From contig DAHXNY010000001.1 in the NCBI GenBank assembly GCA_027365175.1, positions 51,052 to 115,051 of the forward strand: a stretch of 64,000 nt of DNA, given 5' to 3'. The stretch's first letter is position 1, and each line of letters opens with the position of its first letter. Shown in pieces: positions 17,431 through 28,322 of this stretch. The translations under genes were made by a program, and so were the position numbers. The DNA is from Candidatus Micrarchaeota archaeon (GTDB taxonomy: Archaea; Micrarchaeota; Micrarchaeia; Micrarchaeales; CABMGC01). The notes beneath the pieces are model-generated. The model did not search any database and was not told the origin of the DNA. It saw only the letters and a list, made by a program, of their open reading frames with translations.

Positions 17431-20400
17431 ATGTCAAAATCCCATGCGGATAAGGATTCGGCGCGGTCCAAAAAACGTTCGAAGAAGGAGCAGATATCAT
17501 TAGAGTACATGATGATATTTGCATTCGCATTCCTTATAGTTGCGGTTGTTGTGGTCTATCTTTATGTCACAGGAGTGCACAATACCACTTATACTAATTC
17601 ATACTGCTATCTGACACCGGATATGCCCTGCCAGGGAATGTATGTGATAGGCAATTCCGTTTCTCCAACAAATGCAAAGGCATATGTGATATTTACTAAT
17701 GAAAAGGGCATCGGCATAAACGTTAGGCCTGGGTCTTTCTACTTCTACCCTAGTGCAAGCAATACAGTTTATTCTGGGGAGTGCATCCCCTCCAATGTAC
17801 CGCAGGGTGGTGTTGCCGTATGCAATGTTACTGTTAACAACTTGAACGGAGGATTATCTGCAGGAGAGCAGGTGAACCCTAAGTTCAATATCGCATACAG
17901 TGTTTGCAGCAATAATTATTGTAATGGATTGAGTGCAAATGCCCCTGTATTCAATACCACAGGCACAGGCACAACATATGTTGCAACCGGTGCCCCATCG
18001 CTGTATTATGTTACTGTAAAGAGTAGTAGCATAAACGTTACTGTGGATGGAGTGGAGTATGCACCAGGTTCAAAACTGGCAGTGTTTAAAGGGATAAGAT
18101 ACACTCTGTTCGGAGAGGTTCCTGCAGGTTATAATTTTGGTTCATGGACAGGCACAGGTGGAATCATTATTGTCTCTTCTAGTTCACAGACAACTGCGTT
18201 TACAGCTTCTGCAAATGGCACAGTATACGGAAGTAAGACAGCGATAACCTCTTCAACGTCTTCTACTTCTACAACATCGACAACTTCTAGCGTATTGTTT
18301 TATCAATTAAATGAGTATGCCAATCCTTCTGCAGAAGGGACGGTATCTCCGGGCACAGGAAGCTATCCTGCCGGTTCCTCAGTAACAATAAAGGCAACAC
18401 CTGACACAGGGTATCATTTTTTAGATTGGACGTGTTATGGCACGGGATGCTATTCTGGAACAAGCTCTTCTGCGACATTGACTATGGATACGGCTAGTAT
18501 CCAGGAGACGGCTAATTTTGCAATAAACAGTTACACATTTACAGAATCGGCAAATCCGTCTGCAGGAGGAACTGCGACTCCTGGGACCGGGACTTATAAT
18601 TACGGTTCTTCCGTAACACTTGGAGAGACTCCTAACGCAGGATACCATTTTGTTGACTGGACCTGCTCTGGAACCGGATGCTATTCTGGAACAAGCACTT
18701 CGCCAACCATCATAATAGAGGGTGCAATTACAGAGACGGCCAATTTCGCACTGGACTCATATACACTTACTACCGGAGCGAGCCCCTCCGGCAGCGGAAC
18801 AGTTTCCCCATCAAGCGGAAATTATAATTATGGATCGGCTGTAACCATATCTGAAACGCCAGTTGCATCCAACACCTTCACAGGATGGTCGTGCAGCGGG
18901 ACAGGCTGCTATTCAGGGACAGCAACATCAAACACCATAATAATCAAGAGTGATATGACCGAGACCGCAAGCTTCTCTCCTTACCAGCCTTTCACAGAAC
19001 TTGTCAATAACGCAGGTTATGGGACGGTATCTCCGGGATCAAATAGCGTACCTTACGGATCTGTAATAGATATAACCGAGGCTCCCACCACAGGGCACTA
19101 TTTCGTTAGCTGGACAGGAAGCGGGACAGGAAGCTACAGCGGAACTGCAACATCGGCGTATGTCACTGTGAATAACCCAATTACAGAGACGGCCAATTTC
19201 GCCGCGTATACATATGTGGTATCCACAGCAGTAAGCCCGTCAGGTTCAGGAAGCGCAACAGGAGGCGGAACTTATGACTATGGATCATCTGCAAGTTTAT
19301 CTGCTATAGCAAATTCAGGATATGCATTCTCCTCATGGTCATGCACAGGCACATGCCCTAGCGGCACCTCATCTACATCAAATCCATGGACGGTGACTGT
19401 AACAGGCACTGCAACCTATACTGCACAGTTTATAGATACATGTGGTGGTTCTGTATCGTATACAGTTCCTAATGGCATACCTTACACGGTGACAGTGCCT
19501 GCAGGTTGTACAACCGCAACTGTCACGCTCAATGGAGCCGGAGGAGGCGGAGGAGGAGATTCCACATTGATATATGAGACCGAGTCTACTGGAGGAAGCA
19601 CATTTTATTCTTGTGAGCCGTTTAGCACCAAATTTGTGACAGGCAGTGGTATGATAGATGTGCCTGGAGGCAGTGGTGGTAATGGGGCGAGTCTGTCAGG
19701 GAACATCGCAGTATCAGCTGGACAGGCATTATATGTATGGGTTGGTGGCGGAGGAGGCGGAGGATCTTCTGATCCGAATACCCAGCCTGCAAATGCAGCA
19801 GGTGGGGCAGGAGGGACTAATGGAGGAGGAGCAGGAGGAAGCGGCGTTACTGCTACAGAGGTCGCACCGTATGGATATTGCCCTTCAGGCGGAGCCGGAG
19901 GAGGCGGAGGGTTCTCTGCAATAGGAACCTCGACAACATCGGCAGGCTGGCTTGCTGCTGCCGGAGGAGGGGGAGGGGGAGGAGGTGCAGCATATCAAAG
20001 CGATCGGATAAATCCTGAAGGAGGAAGTGGCGGGGCAAGTGGAAATGGTGGAAGCAATGGATATACCACCGTAAGCGGAGAAGGCATTGGAGGAGGAGGC
20101 GCGACACTGTCTTCTGCAGGAAGTGGCGGGGCATACGGAGGTTCCCCAGGTTCATCGCTATCAGGAGGCGCAGGTTATACAGGATTTAATGTGCACACGG
20201 TTTCATGTTCTTCGTTCGCAAGCCAGGTGCCAGTTACAGGAGGAGGTAGCGGGGGTGGCGGAGGAGGCTACTATGGTGGTGGCGGAGGAGGAAGTAATAA
20301 TCAAAATACAAATCCATGCTCTACAGCGTCCGGAGGAGGAGGCGGAGGAGGATCTTCGTGGTGGTCAGGCTCTTTCATAGAGACAGGATATACTGCAAAT

Positions 20401-20514
20401 AGTATTGTAGGAGGAGCTACAGGTTGCTATTATGGAGGAGATTATCCACTTTCATGCGGTACCAGTGGCAATCCGGGCAACGATGGATCGGTTACAATCA
20501 CATGGTCGGGATGA
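17431..20514 (+). CDS. Large surface adhesin-like protein: pilin-type N-terminus, about 5 InlB-B/Flg_new-like repeats, Gly-rich C-terminal domain
   Basis: KKRSKKEQISLEY plus hydrophobic helix; repeats ANPS..GTVSPG.G.Y..GS.VTI...P..GY.F..W.C.GTGC.SGT...ETANF; GAGGGGG/GGGGSS tracts. Confidence 0.85.
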   Translation: MSKSHADKDSARSKKRSKKEQISLEYMMIFAFAFLIVAVVVVYLYVTGVHNTTYTNSYCYLTPDMPCQGMYVIGNSVSPTNAKAYVIFTNEKGIGINVRPGSFYFYPSASNTVYSGECIPSNVPQGGVAVCNVTVNNLNGGLSAGEQVNPKFNIAYSVCSNNYCNGLSANAPVFNTTGTGTTYVATGAPSLYYVTVKSSSINVTVDGVEYAPGSKLAVFKGIRYTLFGEVPAGYNFGSWTGTGGIIIVSSSSQTTAFTASANGTVYGSKTAITSSTSSTSTTSTTSSVLFYQLNEYANPSAEGTVSPGTGSYPAGSSVTIKATPDTGYHFLDWTCYGTGCYSGTSSSATLTMDTASIQETANFAINSYTFTESANPSAGGTATPGTGTYNYGSSVTLGETPNAGYHFVDWTCSGTGCYSGTSTSPTIIIEGAITETANFALDSYTLTTGASPSGSGTVSPSSGNYNYGSAVTISETPVASNTFTGWSCSGTGCYSGTATSNTIIIKSDMTETASFSPYQPFTELVNNAGYGTVSPGSNSVPYGSVIDITEAPTTGHYFVSWTGSGTGSYSGTATSAYVTVNNPITETANFAAYTYVVSTAVSPSGSGSATGGGTYDYGSSASLSAIANSGYAFSSWSCTGTCPSGTSSTSNPWTVTVTGTATYTAQFIDTCGGSVSYTVPNGIPYTVTVPAGCTTATVTLNGAGGGGGGDSTLIYETESTGGSTFYSCEPFSTKFVTGSGMIDVPGGSGGNGASLSGNIAVSAGQALYVWVGGGGGGGSSDPNTQPANAAGGAGGTNGGGAGGSGVTATEVAPYGYCPSGGAGGGGGFSAIGTSTTSAGWLAAAGGGGGGGGAAYQSDRINPEGGSGGASGNGGSNGYTTVSGEGIGGGGATLSSAGSGGAYGGSPGSSLSGGAGYTGFNVHTVSCSSFASQVPVTGGGSGGGGGGYYGGGGGGSNNQNTNPCSTASGGGGGGGSSWWSGSFIETGYTANSIVGGATGCYYGGDYPLSCGTSGNPGNDGSVTITWSG

Positions 20515-20701
20515 CTGGTCTTTGGTTCATGGCCCTTTCTGTTGACATTTACGTCATCAAAAACCACGTGTTGGCATGGCTTCGGACTCGGATTAATATT
20601 GTAGTTCGCATAACGTTAGCAAAGGCATATAAACCTTAGTATTCTATAAATAGCGGAAGTGTCTGTGCTAGTCCCTACTCTTTATCTTTATAGGTGTATG
20701 T

Positions 20702-20932
20702 TTGGCTGATAGAAGTGACCATGTTATTGTGCCCCCTCACAGATTAATGACTGATAAGGAGGCGAAAGAACTTCTGGAAGAGCTTGCCTTGAGGCCTGAG
20801 AACCTGCCTAAAATCCTTGAGAGCGATCCGCAGGTGAAGATACTTAACGGCAAGGTCGGGCAGATAATCAAGATAGACAGAACGGAGAACGGTATCAAGG
20901 TACCTTACTACAGGATAATTGTAGAAGGTTAA
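20702..20932 (+). CDS. rpoH: RNA polymerase subunit Rpo5 (H)
   Basis: HVIVPPH, LPKI..SDP, G.IIKI.R, YYR; first gene of the rpo operon. Confidence 0.95.
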   Translation: MADRSDHVIVPPHRLMTDKEAKELLEELALRPENLPKILESDPQVKILNGKVGQIIKIDRTENGIKVPYYRIIVEG

Positions 20933-20934
20933 TA

Positions 20935-22422
20935 GTGGTTTCTATGGATAGTGAAAGCGTTTTGTTGGAATCTTATTTGGACACTATGCCTCTGATACAG
21001 CACCAGCTGGAGAGCTTTAACAGATTTGTAAGCCAGGGCTTGCAGCGTGTTGTAGACAGGCAGAACGTAGTGCAGCCGAGCGTCGAGGGCTTTTCATTGA
21101 AGCTCGGGAACGTCAGGCTAGACAAGGCCTCCATAATAGAGGCGGACGGATCAAGGAGGCAGGTGATGCCGAATGAGGCCCGTCTGAGAAACCTCACGTA
21201 TTCTGCTCCTATATTCATAGAGGTAGTGCCAGTAATAAGGGGCATTGAGAAGAAAGCCTCTTTCGGAGAGGTCTTCATAGGAGAGCTGCCGATTATGGTA
21301 AGGAGTGATTTGTGTTACATAAAGACAATGTCAAAGCAGCAGCTGGTCGAAGAAGGAGAGGATTCGGATGATCCAGGAGGATATTTCATAATAAAGGGGG
21401 TTGAGCGCGTGCTTATAGGATTGGAGGATATAGCCCCGAACAGGATAATAACGACAAAGGGCAAGGGTGGAGACAAGGTAAACAGCGTTGTCTTCTCTAC
21501 AGCCCCTGGCTTCAGGGCAAGATGCGTCGTTTCAAGGAACCAGAATGGAGTCTACACGGTAGAATTCCCCACTATTTCCAAGAGCATCAATCTGATACTT
21601 CTCCTTAGGGCACTCGGGATGTCTGAAAAGGATCTTCTTAACAATGTATCAGACTCGCTTTCATTCAGGAACGACGTAATGTTGAACCTTGAGGTAAGCG
21701 ACTATAAGGAGATGACTCAGAACGAGGCCATATCGGAATTGGGAAGGATGGCAGCACCAGGGCAGGCTGCGGAATACCAATTATCAAGGGCAGAGACACA
21801 GATAAACAATTATCTCCTGCCACACATAGGAGAGACAGCAGAGGACAAATACAAGAAGGCAGAGTACCTTCTCACCATGGCGAGGAAGGCGACGATGGTC
21901 GGCAACAAACTTGCCAGAGAGGATGACAAGGACCATTATGCAAACAAGCGCGTAAAATTTGCAGGGGAGCTCATGGAGGATCTCTTCACCTATGCGTTCA
22001 GATTCTTTACAAAAGAGGTAAAGTACCAGATAGAGAGGACAAGCGCGCGTGGAAGGAAGCTGAGCATACAGTCGATAATAAACCCTGATACTATAACGGA
22101 GCGCATCTCCTACGCAATGGGAACGGGAACATGGGTTGCAGGCCAGACGGGAATATCCCAGGTTCTTGACCGCACGAACTTCTCAAGCGCTTACACTCAT
22201 CTGAGGAGAGTCAAATCTCCTCTTGCAAAGAAGCATCCGCACTTCAAGGCAAGAGAGGTGCATGGAACGCAGTGGGGCAAGATATGCCCTTCTGAGACCC
22301 CTGAAGGACAGGAAGTAGGGCTTACAAAGTATCTTGCACTAATGTCTAAGGTTACAGTAGGTGCAGAGGAGTCCTCTTTCGAGGACAAATTAGTAGGCCT
22401 TAAGAAAAAGGCAAATGAGTGA
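20935..22422 (+). CDS. rpoB2: RNA polymerase subunit Rpo2 N-terminal part (B'')
   Basis: ESFNRF, PNEARLRNLTYSAP, DPGGYFII.G.ERV, DKDHYANKR, ETPEG..VGL.K.LA; alternative start ATG 20944. Confidence 0.96.
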   Translation: MVSMDSESVLLESYLDTMPLIQHQLESFNRFVSQGLQRVVDRQNVVQPSVEGFSLKLGNVRLDKASIIEADGSRRQVMPNEARLRNLTYSAPIFIEVVPVIRGIEKKASFGEVFIGELPIMVRSDLCYIKTMSKQQLVEEGEDSDDPGGYFIIKGVERVLIGLEDIAPNRIITTKGKGGDKVNSVVFSTAPGFRARCVVSRNQNGVYTVEFPTISKSINLILLLRALGMSEKDLLNNVSDSLSFRNDVMLNLEVSDYKEMTQNEAISELGRMAAPGQAAEYQLSRAETQINNYLLPHIGETAEDKYKKAEYLLTMARKATMVGNKLAREDDKDHYANKRVKFAGELMEDLFTYAFRFFTKEVKYQIERTSARGRKLSIQSIINPDTITERISYAMGTGTWVAGQTGISQVLDRTNFSSAYTHLRRVKSPLAKKHPHFKAREVHGTQWGKICPSETPEGQEVGLTKYLALMSKVTVGAEESSFEDKLVGLKKKANE

Positions 22423-24250
22423 TATTATGGCAAAGAACGCAATAACTCATGTTTACCTGAACGGAAGAGACATAGGGACCGTAGAGGATCCTCAGAAGTT
22501 CGTCAATGAGATAAGGAGTGCAAGAAGGACGGGAGTGATTTCGGGAGAGATCAACGTTGCACACTATGCAAAGCAGCATTACATCAACATAAACAGCGAC
22601 CGCGGAAGGGTAAGGAAGCCGTATGTAATAATAGAAGGCGGCAGGTCAAAGCTCACAAAGGAGGTAATAGAGAAGCTTAAGAGCAAGGAGATAAATTTCA
22701 ATTATCTGTTCAGGAACGGAATAGTAGAATACTTGGATGCTGAAGAGGAGGAGAATGCGCTCGTCGCCTTCAACGAAAGCGACATAACAGAGAGGCACAC
22801 CCATCTCGAAGTAGACATAGCGTCGATATTCGGATTCACAGTAGCTACTTCCCCTTATGCTGAGCACAACAGCATCGCAAGGCATGCCATGCTTTCAAAC
22901 TTCATAAAGCAGGCGCAGGGATTGTATGCGATTAACTTCAACCAGAGATTCGATTCAAGAAGCTATCTGCTCTTCTATCCGCAGGTTCCTATAGTCAATA
23001 CCGTTCCTTACAGGAAGACCAATATCCAGAAGCACCCTAGCGGCCAGAATTTTGTAGTGGCGCTTTCAACATATTATGGATACAACATGCAGGACGCAGT
23101 AGTCCTGAACAGGGCTGCCGTTGAGAGAGGGGCAGGAAGAAGCCTCTTCTACAAGACATACTCGGATGAAGAGAGAAGGTATCCAGGAGGGCAGAGAGAC
23201 AGACTGAAGGTCCCGCCTCCTACGGCAGAAGGATACATGGGAGAGCACTTCTATTCAAAGCTCAGCGACGACGGAATCATAGAGCCTGAGATGGACGTCC
23301 AGGAAGGGGATGTATTGATAGGCAAGGTATCCCCTCCTAGATTCCTTGAAGAGAGCATGGGACCTAGCGGAATAGAGGAGAAGGTAAGGGATGATTCAAC
23401 AGTACTTAAGACTGGGGAGACAGGGATTGTGGACAGTGTAATGATAACAGAGTCCCCTGGTGCAACCAAGCTAGTAAAAATAAGAGTGCGCGGCCTCAGG
23501 GTCCCTGAGAACGGAGATAAGTTTGCAAGCAGGCACGGACAGAAGGGAGTAACATCTCTGATAGTACCTCCTGAAGATATGCCATTCTCAGAATCAGGCA
23601 TAATACCTGATCTGCTGCTAAATCCACACAGCGTTCCCTCTAGAATGACGTTTGGCCACCTGCTTGAGGAGCTTGCAGGAAAGGCAGGAGCTGTAAGCGG
23701 AAGGACTATAGATGGCACAGCATTTGCGCAGGACGGTGTGGAAAGAATGGCAGAGTATGGCAGGATGCTTGAGGAGAATGGTTTTGACAAGTACGGAGAG
23801 GAGGAGATGTACGACGGCATAACAGGCATGAAGTTCAAGGCCAAGGTCTTCACAGGAGTCGTTTACTACAACAGGCTGTACCACATGGTAAGCAATAAGA
23901 TACAGGTAAGAAGCAGAGGAAAGGTACAGATACTGACGCACCAGCCTACAGAAGGAAAGGCAAGGCAGGGAGCGCTCAGATTCGGAGAGATGGAACGAGA
24001 TACGCTTATAGGGTATGGCGCAAGCCTTTTGCTGAAGGAGAGGCTGCTTGACCAGAGCGACAAGACAACAGTGCTCATATGCAGGCAGTGCGGCAACATC
24101 GGCTATTACGACCATATAAAGAGGGTGAATGTCTGCCCAATAGACAAGGGCTCCGACTTCGTTGACGTGGAGATAAGCTATGCATTCAAGGTATTGCTTG
24201 ACGAGATAAAGTCTCTGCACATAATGCCTAGAATGAAGGTAAATGAGTGA
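22415..24250 (+). CDS. rpoB1: RNA polymerase subunit Rpo2 C-terminal part (B')
   Basis: GDKFASRHGQKG, NPH..PSRMT, L.HMV..K...R, QPTEG..R.G.LRFGEMERD. Confidence 0.97.
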   Translation: MSDIMAKNAITHVYLNGRDIGTVEDPQKFVNEIRSARRTGVISGEINVAHYAKQHYININSDRGRVRKPYVIIEGGRSKLTKEVIEKLKSKEINFNYLFRNGIVEYLDAEEEENALVAFNESDITERHTHLEVDIASIFGFTVATSPYAEHNSIARHAMLSNFIKQAQGLYAINFNQRFDSRSYLLFYPQVPIVNTVPYRKTNIQKHPSGQNFVVALSTYYGYNMQDAVVLNRAAVERGAGRSLFYKTYSDEERRYPGGQRDRLKVPPPTAEGYMGEHFYSKLSDDGIIEPEMDVQEGDVLIGKVSPPRFLEESMGPSGIEEKVRDDSTVLKTGETGIVDSVMITESPGATKLVKIRVRGLRVPENGDKFASRHGQKGVTSLIVPPEDMPFSESGIIPDLLLNPHSVPSRMTFGHLLEELAGKAGAVSGRTIDGTAFAQDGVERMAEYGRMLEENGFDKYGEEEMYDGITGMKFKAKVFTGVVYYNRLYHMVSNKIQVRSRGKVQILTHQPTEGKARQGALRFGEMERDTLIGYGASLLLKERLLDQSDKTTVLICRQCGNIGYYDHIKRVNVCPIDKGSDFVDVEISYAFKVLLDEIKSLHIMPRMKVNE

Positions 24251-26798
24251 TGCTATGAAAACCGAGGTAATCAATTATATAAAATTCGGAGTGATGAACC
24301 CCGAGTATGTCAAGGCTCTTGGGGTAGTGAAGCTTACCGTTCCGGACACATATAATGAGGACGGATACCCTATAGACGGAGGGCTGCTTGACCAGCGCCT
24401 CGGTGTGATTGACCCTGGATTGATATGCAAGACCTGCGGAGCGCGTGCCAAGTCCTGCCCGGGACATTTTGGCAGGATAGAGCTCGTAAGGCCTGCGATA
24501 CACTCTGAATTCGGGAAGACCCTGTACATGATACTGCAATCGACATGCAGAAACTGCAACAGGCTGCTTCTGGACGATGAGAGCCTTGCAAAGTACAGGG
24601 GAGAGAAGCTTGACCCTGACAGCATAGCCGTTGAAGGAGAAGAGGGAGCTGTAGAGGTCAAGAGCGCGATGCTTAAGAGACTTAAGGACATAAAGAAGTG
24701 CGAGAGATGCGGCACTCAGAAGAAGAAGCTTAAGTTCTCGCTGCCAACATACTTCTACGTTGAAGATTACAAGCTTAAGCCTAATGAGATAAGAGATATG
24801 GTATCCAAGATAAGCAATGATGATCTTGAGATACTCGGCATAGATGCTGAGAATGCGAGGCCAGAATGGCTCATACTTGATATACTGCTCGTGCCTCCTG
24901 TAAATGTAAGGCCGTCTATCACTCTTGAGAGCGGAGAGAGGAGCGAGGACGAACTTACACACAAGCTCGTAGACATAATGAGGATAAACCAGAGGCTGGA
25001 ACAGAACCTCAATGCAGGCGCACCGCAGATAATAATAGACGATCTTTGGGAGCTCCTCCAGTATCACGTTACTACATACTTCAACAATGAGACATCGAAT
25101 ATTCCTCCTGCAAGGCACAGGAGTGGAAGGGCCCTTAAGACCCTTACCCAGAGACTGAAGGGCAAGGAGGGAAGATTCAGGTACAACCTCAGCGGAAAGC
25201 GTGTCAACTATTCAGCAAGAACCGTAATCAGCGTTGATCCAAATGTAGATATAGACGAGGTAGGGGTGCCGTTTGCCATAGCTTCCAAGCTTACCGTCCC
25301 GTTCTATGTGACCGAGTGGAACATAGAGCATGCAAAGAAGATGCTCATGTCGAATGATTATCCTGCTGTGCTGAATGTGATAAGCAAGGATGGCAAGAGA
25401 AAGCGCGTCATAGATACCAATAAGGAAGAGATAGAGAAGGAACTTTCTGCAGGAGACATAATGGAGAGGCAACTTGTCGATGGAGATATAGTGCTTTTCA
25501 ACAGGCAGCCTTCGCTTCACCGTATGTCGATCATGGCCCACAAGGCAAAGGTGCTTCCTGGAAAGACCTTCAGGATCAACCTCTGCGTAGCGGCACCTTA
25601 TAACGCAGACTTCGACGGAGACGAGATGAACCTGCACGTGCCGCAGACGCTTGAGGCAAGGGCGGAAGCAAAGATACTGATGATGTCATCACACCAGGTC
25701 TTCTCCCCTAAGGAAGGAGATGTGATAATAGGTACGGAGCAGGATGGAATAACAGGAGCGTATGAAATGACTGATGAGGATGCTTACGTTACAAAAGAGG
25801 AGGCCGTTTACCTTCTTTCAGTAGCAGGGATATATGACTTGCCAAAAGAGGGCAAGAACGGCATGTACAGGGCCAGAGATGTCTTCTCTATGCTCTTCCC
25901 TAAGGGACTGGACTTTGAAGCCGAGACCAAGAGAGGGCACATCAAGATAAAGGATGGCCAGCTTGTAGAGGGAAGGATGGACAATGGCACAATCGGAAGA
26001 GGCGGCAACAAGCTCTTCATGAAGATACGCACCGATTACGGATTCGAGGAGCTCAAGAAGTTCATATACAGCTCTGCAAAGATGGTAAACGCATATGTAA
26101 CCCTGATGGGCTTCAGTCTTGGAGTAAAGGAGTATGTGAATGATGAAAGGCTTGTAAGGGATAGGAAGCGCATGCTTGACGAGACCTTCGAGAAGATAAA
26201 TAAGCTCATAGCGGATTACAACGACGGAAAGCTTGAGGCACTCATAGGTTACACCCTGAAGAGCTCTCTGGAAAGGATGATAATAGCGGAATTGAACCTG
26301 GTGAGAGACAAAGCAGGAAAGGATATAATCAAGACAAAGGCAGATGACAAGGAGAAGAATACGGCTATGGACATGGTATCTTCAGGTGCGAGAGGAAACA
26401 TACTCAACGTAGTACAGATGATGATGTTCCTTGGACAGCAGGCAACAATATCAGGAGGCAGGATAAACCGTGGTTACGCCACAAGAAGAGCCCTGCCGCA
26501 CATACTTCCTGGAGATCTCTCCCCTAAGGGAAGAGGTTTTGTAACGACATCGTTCTACGGAGGCCTTGACCCTATAGATTTGTTCATGCATGCAGTAGGT
26601 TCAAGAGGTTCTGAGATATACAAGGCGTTGCTGACGGCAAGAAGTGGATATCTTTATAGGAGATTGTCCAACGCGCTGCAGGACTACTATGTAGATATAG
26701 ACTATAGCGTGAGGGACGCGAGCAACAACCTTATAGAGACGGAGTATGGAGGAGACAGGCTGGACCCTATGTACACGAAGGTAATTGAGGTAGAGTGA
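24243..26798 (+). CDS. rpoA1: RNA polymerase subunit Rpo1N (A')
   Basis: CKTC...[29 protein letters not shown], catalytic [11 protein letters not shown]. Confidence 0.98.
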   Translation: MSDAMKTEVINYIKFGVMNPEYVKALGVVKLTVPDTYNEDGYPIDGGLLDQRLGVIDPGLICKTCGARAKSCPGHFGRIELVRPAIHSEFGKTLYMILQSTCRNCNRLLLDDESLAKYRGEKLDPDSIAVEGEEGAVEVKSAMLKRLKDIKKCERCGTQKKKLKFSLPTYFYVEDYKLKPNEIRDMVSKISNDDLEILGIDAENARPEWLILDILLVPPVNVRPSITLESGERSEDELTHKLVDIMRINQRLEQNLNAGAPQIIIDDLWELLQYHVTTYFNNETSNIPPARHRSGRALKTLTQRLKGKEGRFRYNLSGKRVNYSARTVISVDPNVDIDEVGVPFAIASKLTVPFYVTEWNIEHAKKMLMSNDYPAVLNVISKDGKRKRVIDTNKEEIEKELSAGDIMERQLVDGDIVLFNRQPSLHRMSIMAHKAKVLPGKTFRINLCVAAPYNADFDGDEMNLHVPQTLEARAEAKILMMSSHQVFSPKEGDVIIGTEQDGITGAYEMTDEDAYVTKEEAVYLLSVAGIYDLPKEGKNGMYRARDVFSMLFPKGLDFEAETKRGHIKIKDGQLVEGRMDNGTIGRGGNKLFMKIRTDYGFEELKKFIYSSAKMVNAYVTLMGFSLGVKEYVNDERLVRDRKRMLDETFEKINKLIADYNDGKLEALIGYTLKSSLERMIIAELNLVRDKAGKDIIKTKADDKEKNTAMDMVSSGARGNILNVVQMMMFLGQQATISGGRINRGYATRRALPHILPGDLSPKGRGFVTTSFYGGLDPIDLFMHAVGSRGSEIYKALLTARSGYLYRRLSNALQDYYVDIDYSVRDASNNLIETEYGGDRLDPMYTKVIEVE

Positions 26799-26802
26799 TA
26801 TT

Positions 26803-27849
26803 ATGGCAAAAGAGAGTTCGAAGGAGAAGTTTCTGGTACAGTTCGGCGAGGCAGTGGGCACAGTAGCTGCGCAGTCTCTTGGAGAGCCTGGCACTCAGAT
26901 GATTCTAAGAACCTTCCACTATGCAGGAGTAGAATCCACAATGTCCACATCAGGACTGCCAAGAATAGTGGAGCTCGTAGACGCAAAGAAGAAGCCGACT
27001 ACTCCGATAACCTATATCTACCTGAACAAGGACATATCGAAGAGCTTTGAGAAGGCTGATGAGATGATAAAGAAGATAAGCGAGGTCACCATGAACTCCG
27101 TGGTCAGGAGAGTGGATGAAAACTTCTCAAAGGGCAAGATAAGGTTGATAATGAGCTCTCAGGAAATGGAGGCTGCAAGGCTGACAACAAAGGCAGTAGC
27201 TTCTAAGATATCAAAGGACTTTGGTTTTGAGACCAAGGCGGAAGGAAGAATAATAGAGATAAAGATAGGCACGCGGGATCCGAAGAAGGTGCGCTCCGAG
27301 AGAGTAAGGATAATGAATTCGGTAATAAGCGGGATAGAAGGCGCAGGAAAGGTAATGCTAAGGCAGGACGAGAATACAAAGGAGTTCTATCTGATAGCTG
27401 CAGGAAGTGATATGGAGAGCATTGTTGACATACCGGGAGTCGATCCTACAAGGATAATGACGAATGATGTATTTTCAGTATATAGGCTGTTTGGAGTCGA
27501 AGCTGCAAGGAATGTGATAATACACGAGCTTGCAAAGACCCTTGATGAACAGAGGATAGGAGTCAACAGAAGGCATCTTGCGCTTATTGCGGACGCGATG
27601 ACTGCAAGAGGCAACATAAAGGGAGTCGGAAGGCACGGACTCAGCGGAGAGAAAGGATCGGTGCTGGCAAGGGCAGCATATGAAGAGACTGTAAAACACC
27701 TTGTCCATGCTGCAGTTTACGGGGAGATTGACCATATGAACGGGGTTACCGAGAATGTACTTATTGGGAAGCAGGTGCCTGTCGGAACCGGGACCGTGCA
27801 CCTTGCAATAAAGAAGGAGGATCTTTCCAAAGTTGGCAAAAAGAAATAG
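26803..27849 (+). CDS. rpoA2: RNA polymerase subunit Rpo1C (A''), short N-terminus
   Basis: [56 protein letters not shown]. Confidence 0.97.
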   Translation: MAKESSKEKFLVQFGEAVGTVAAQSLGEPGTQMILRTFHYAGVESTMSTSGLPRIVELVDAKKKPTTPITYIYLNKDISKSFEKADEMIKKISEVTMNSVVRRVDENFSKGKIRLIMSSQEMEAARLTTKAVASKISKDFGFETKAEGRIIEIKIGTRDPKKVRSERVRIMNSVISGIEGAGKVMLRQDENTKEFYLIAAGSDMESIVDIPGVDPTRIMTNDVFSVYRLFGVEAARNVIIHELAKTLDEQRIGVNRRHLALIADAMTARGNIKGVGRHGLSGEKGSVLARAAYEETVKHLVHAAVYGEIDHMNGVTENVLIGKQVPVGTGTVHLAIKKEDLSKVGKKK

Positions 27850-27908
27850 TCTTTTAAATTGTTTTATCTCTATAATCTGAATAAGTATACAAGAACAAGG
27901 TTTTAACT

Positions 27909-28133
27909 ATGCCGCAGGACAGACCCTTTGATCTACTGAACAAGTCGATAGGACAGCAAGTGATGATAAGGCTGAAGAATGGAACCGACATACGTGGAAA
28001 GGTCGTTTCATTCGATGCACACATGAACATCGTTATAGAGAATGCCGAAGAGGTAGATGATGGAGAACTCAAGGCAAGGTTGAATACCATACTATTAAGA
28101 GGAGGAAACATTCTCTTCATTTCCCCAGTGTAA
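27909..28133 (+). CDS. Sm-like (LSm/SmAP) RNA-binding protein
   Basis: RPFDLL, G...SFD.HMN.V..NAEE, RG.N...ISP. Confidence 0.95.
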   Translation: MPQDRPFDLLNKSIGQQVMIRLKNGTDIRGKVVSFDAHMNIVIENAEEVDDGELKARLNTILLRGGNILFISPV

Positions 28134-28150
28134 CATGACTTTATCCTTAT

Positions 28151-28252
28151 GGGCTCTTGGCGCAACGGTAGCGCGCCTGCATGGCATGCAGGAGGTTGCG
28201 GGTTCAAATGGCCTTTAGAGTTTCTATGGGCCTGCAAGTCCCGCAGAGTCCA
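28151..28252 (+). tRNA. tRNA-Ala(GGC) with 30-nt non-canonical intron in the T loop (59/60; 28209..28238)
   Basis: G3:U70 acceptor GGGCUCU/AGAGUCC, CCUGC-AUGGCAU-GCAGG; T stem GCGGG/CCCGC interrupted by a GGCC/GGCC-closed insert; removal restores UUCAAAU. Confidence 0.92.
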
Positions 28253-28322
28253 TATCCTATTGCTATAATGCTAGTGCGCACCGCATGTAATAGTTTATTT
28301 AAGCATTTTGCTAATTAATATC

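Noticed and set aside
18300..20500. Repeats and GGAGGA runs as a CRISPR array or DGR
   Set aside because: In-frame protein domain repeats and Gly codons; no regular repeat-spacer pattern and no cas or reverse transcriptase gene in the window
24228..25118. Long antisense ORFs (also 4177..5013, 58764..59504, 27854..28237, 50540..50722)
   Set aside because: Shadows of well-supported genes or tRNAs, with no motifs of their own
20935..27849. Split rpoB and rpoA as frameshifts or pseudogenes
   Set aside because: Known archaeal B''/B' and A'/A'' splits with proper starts and overlaps
28181..28187. A32-U38 in the tRNA-Ala(GGC) anticodon loop
   Set aside because: Known feature of tRNA-Ala(GGC), not an anomaly
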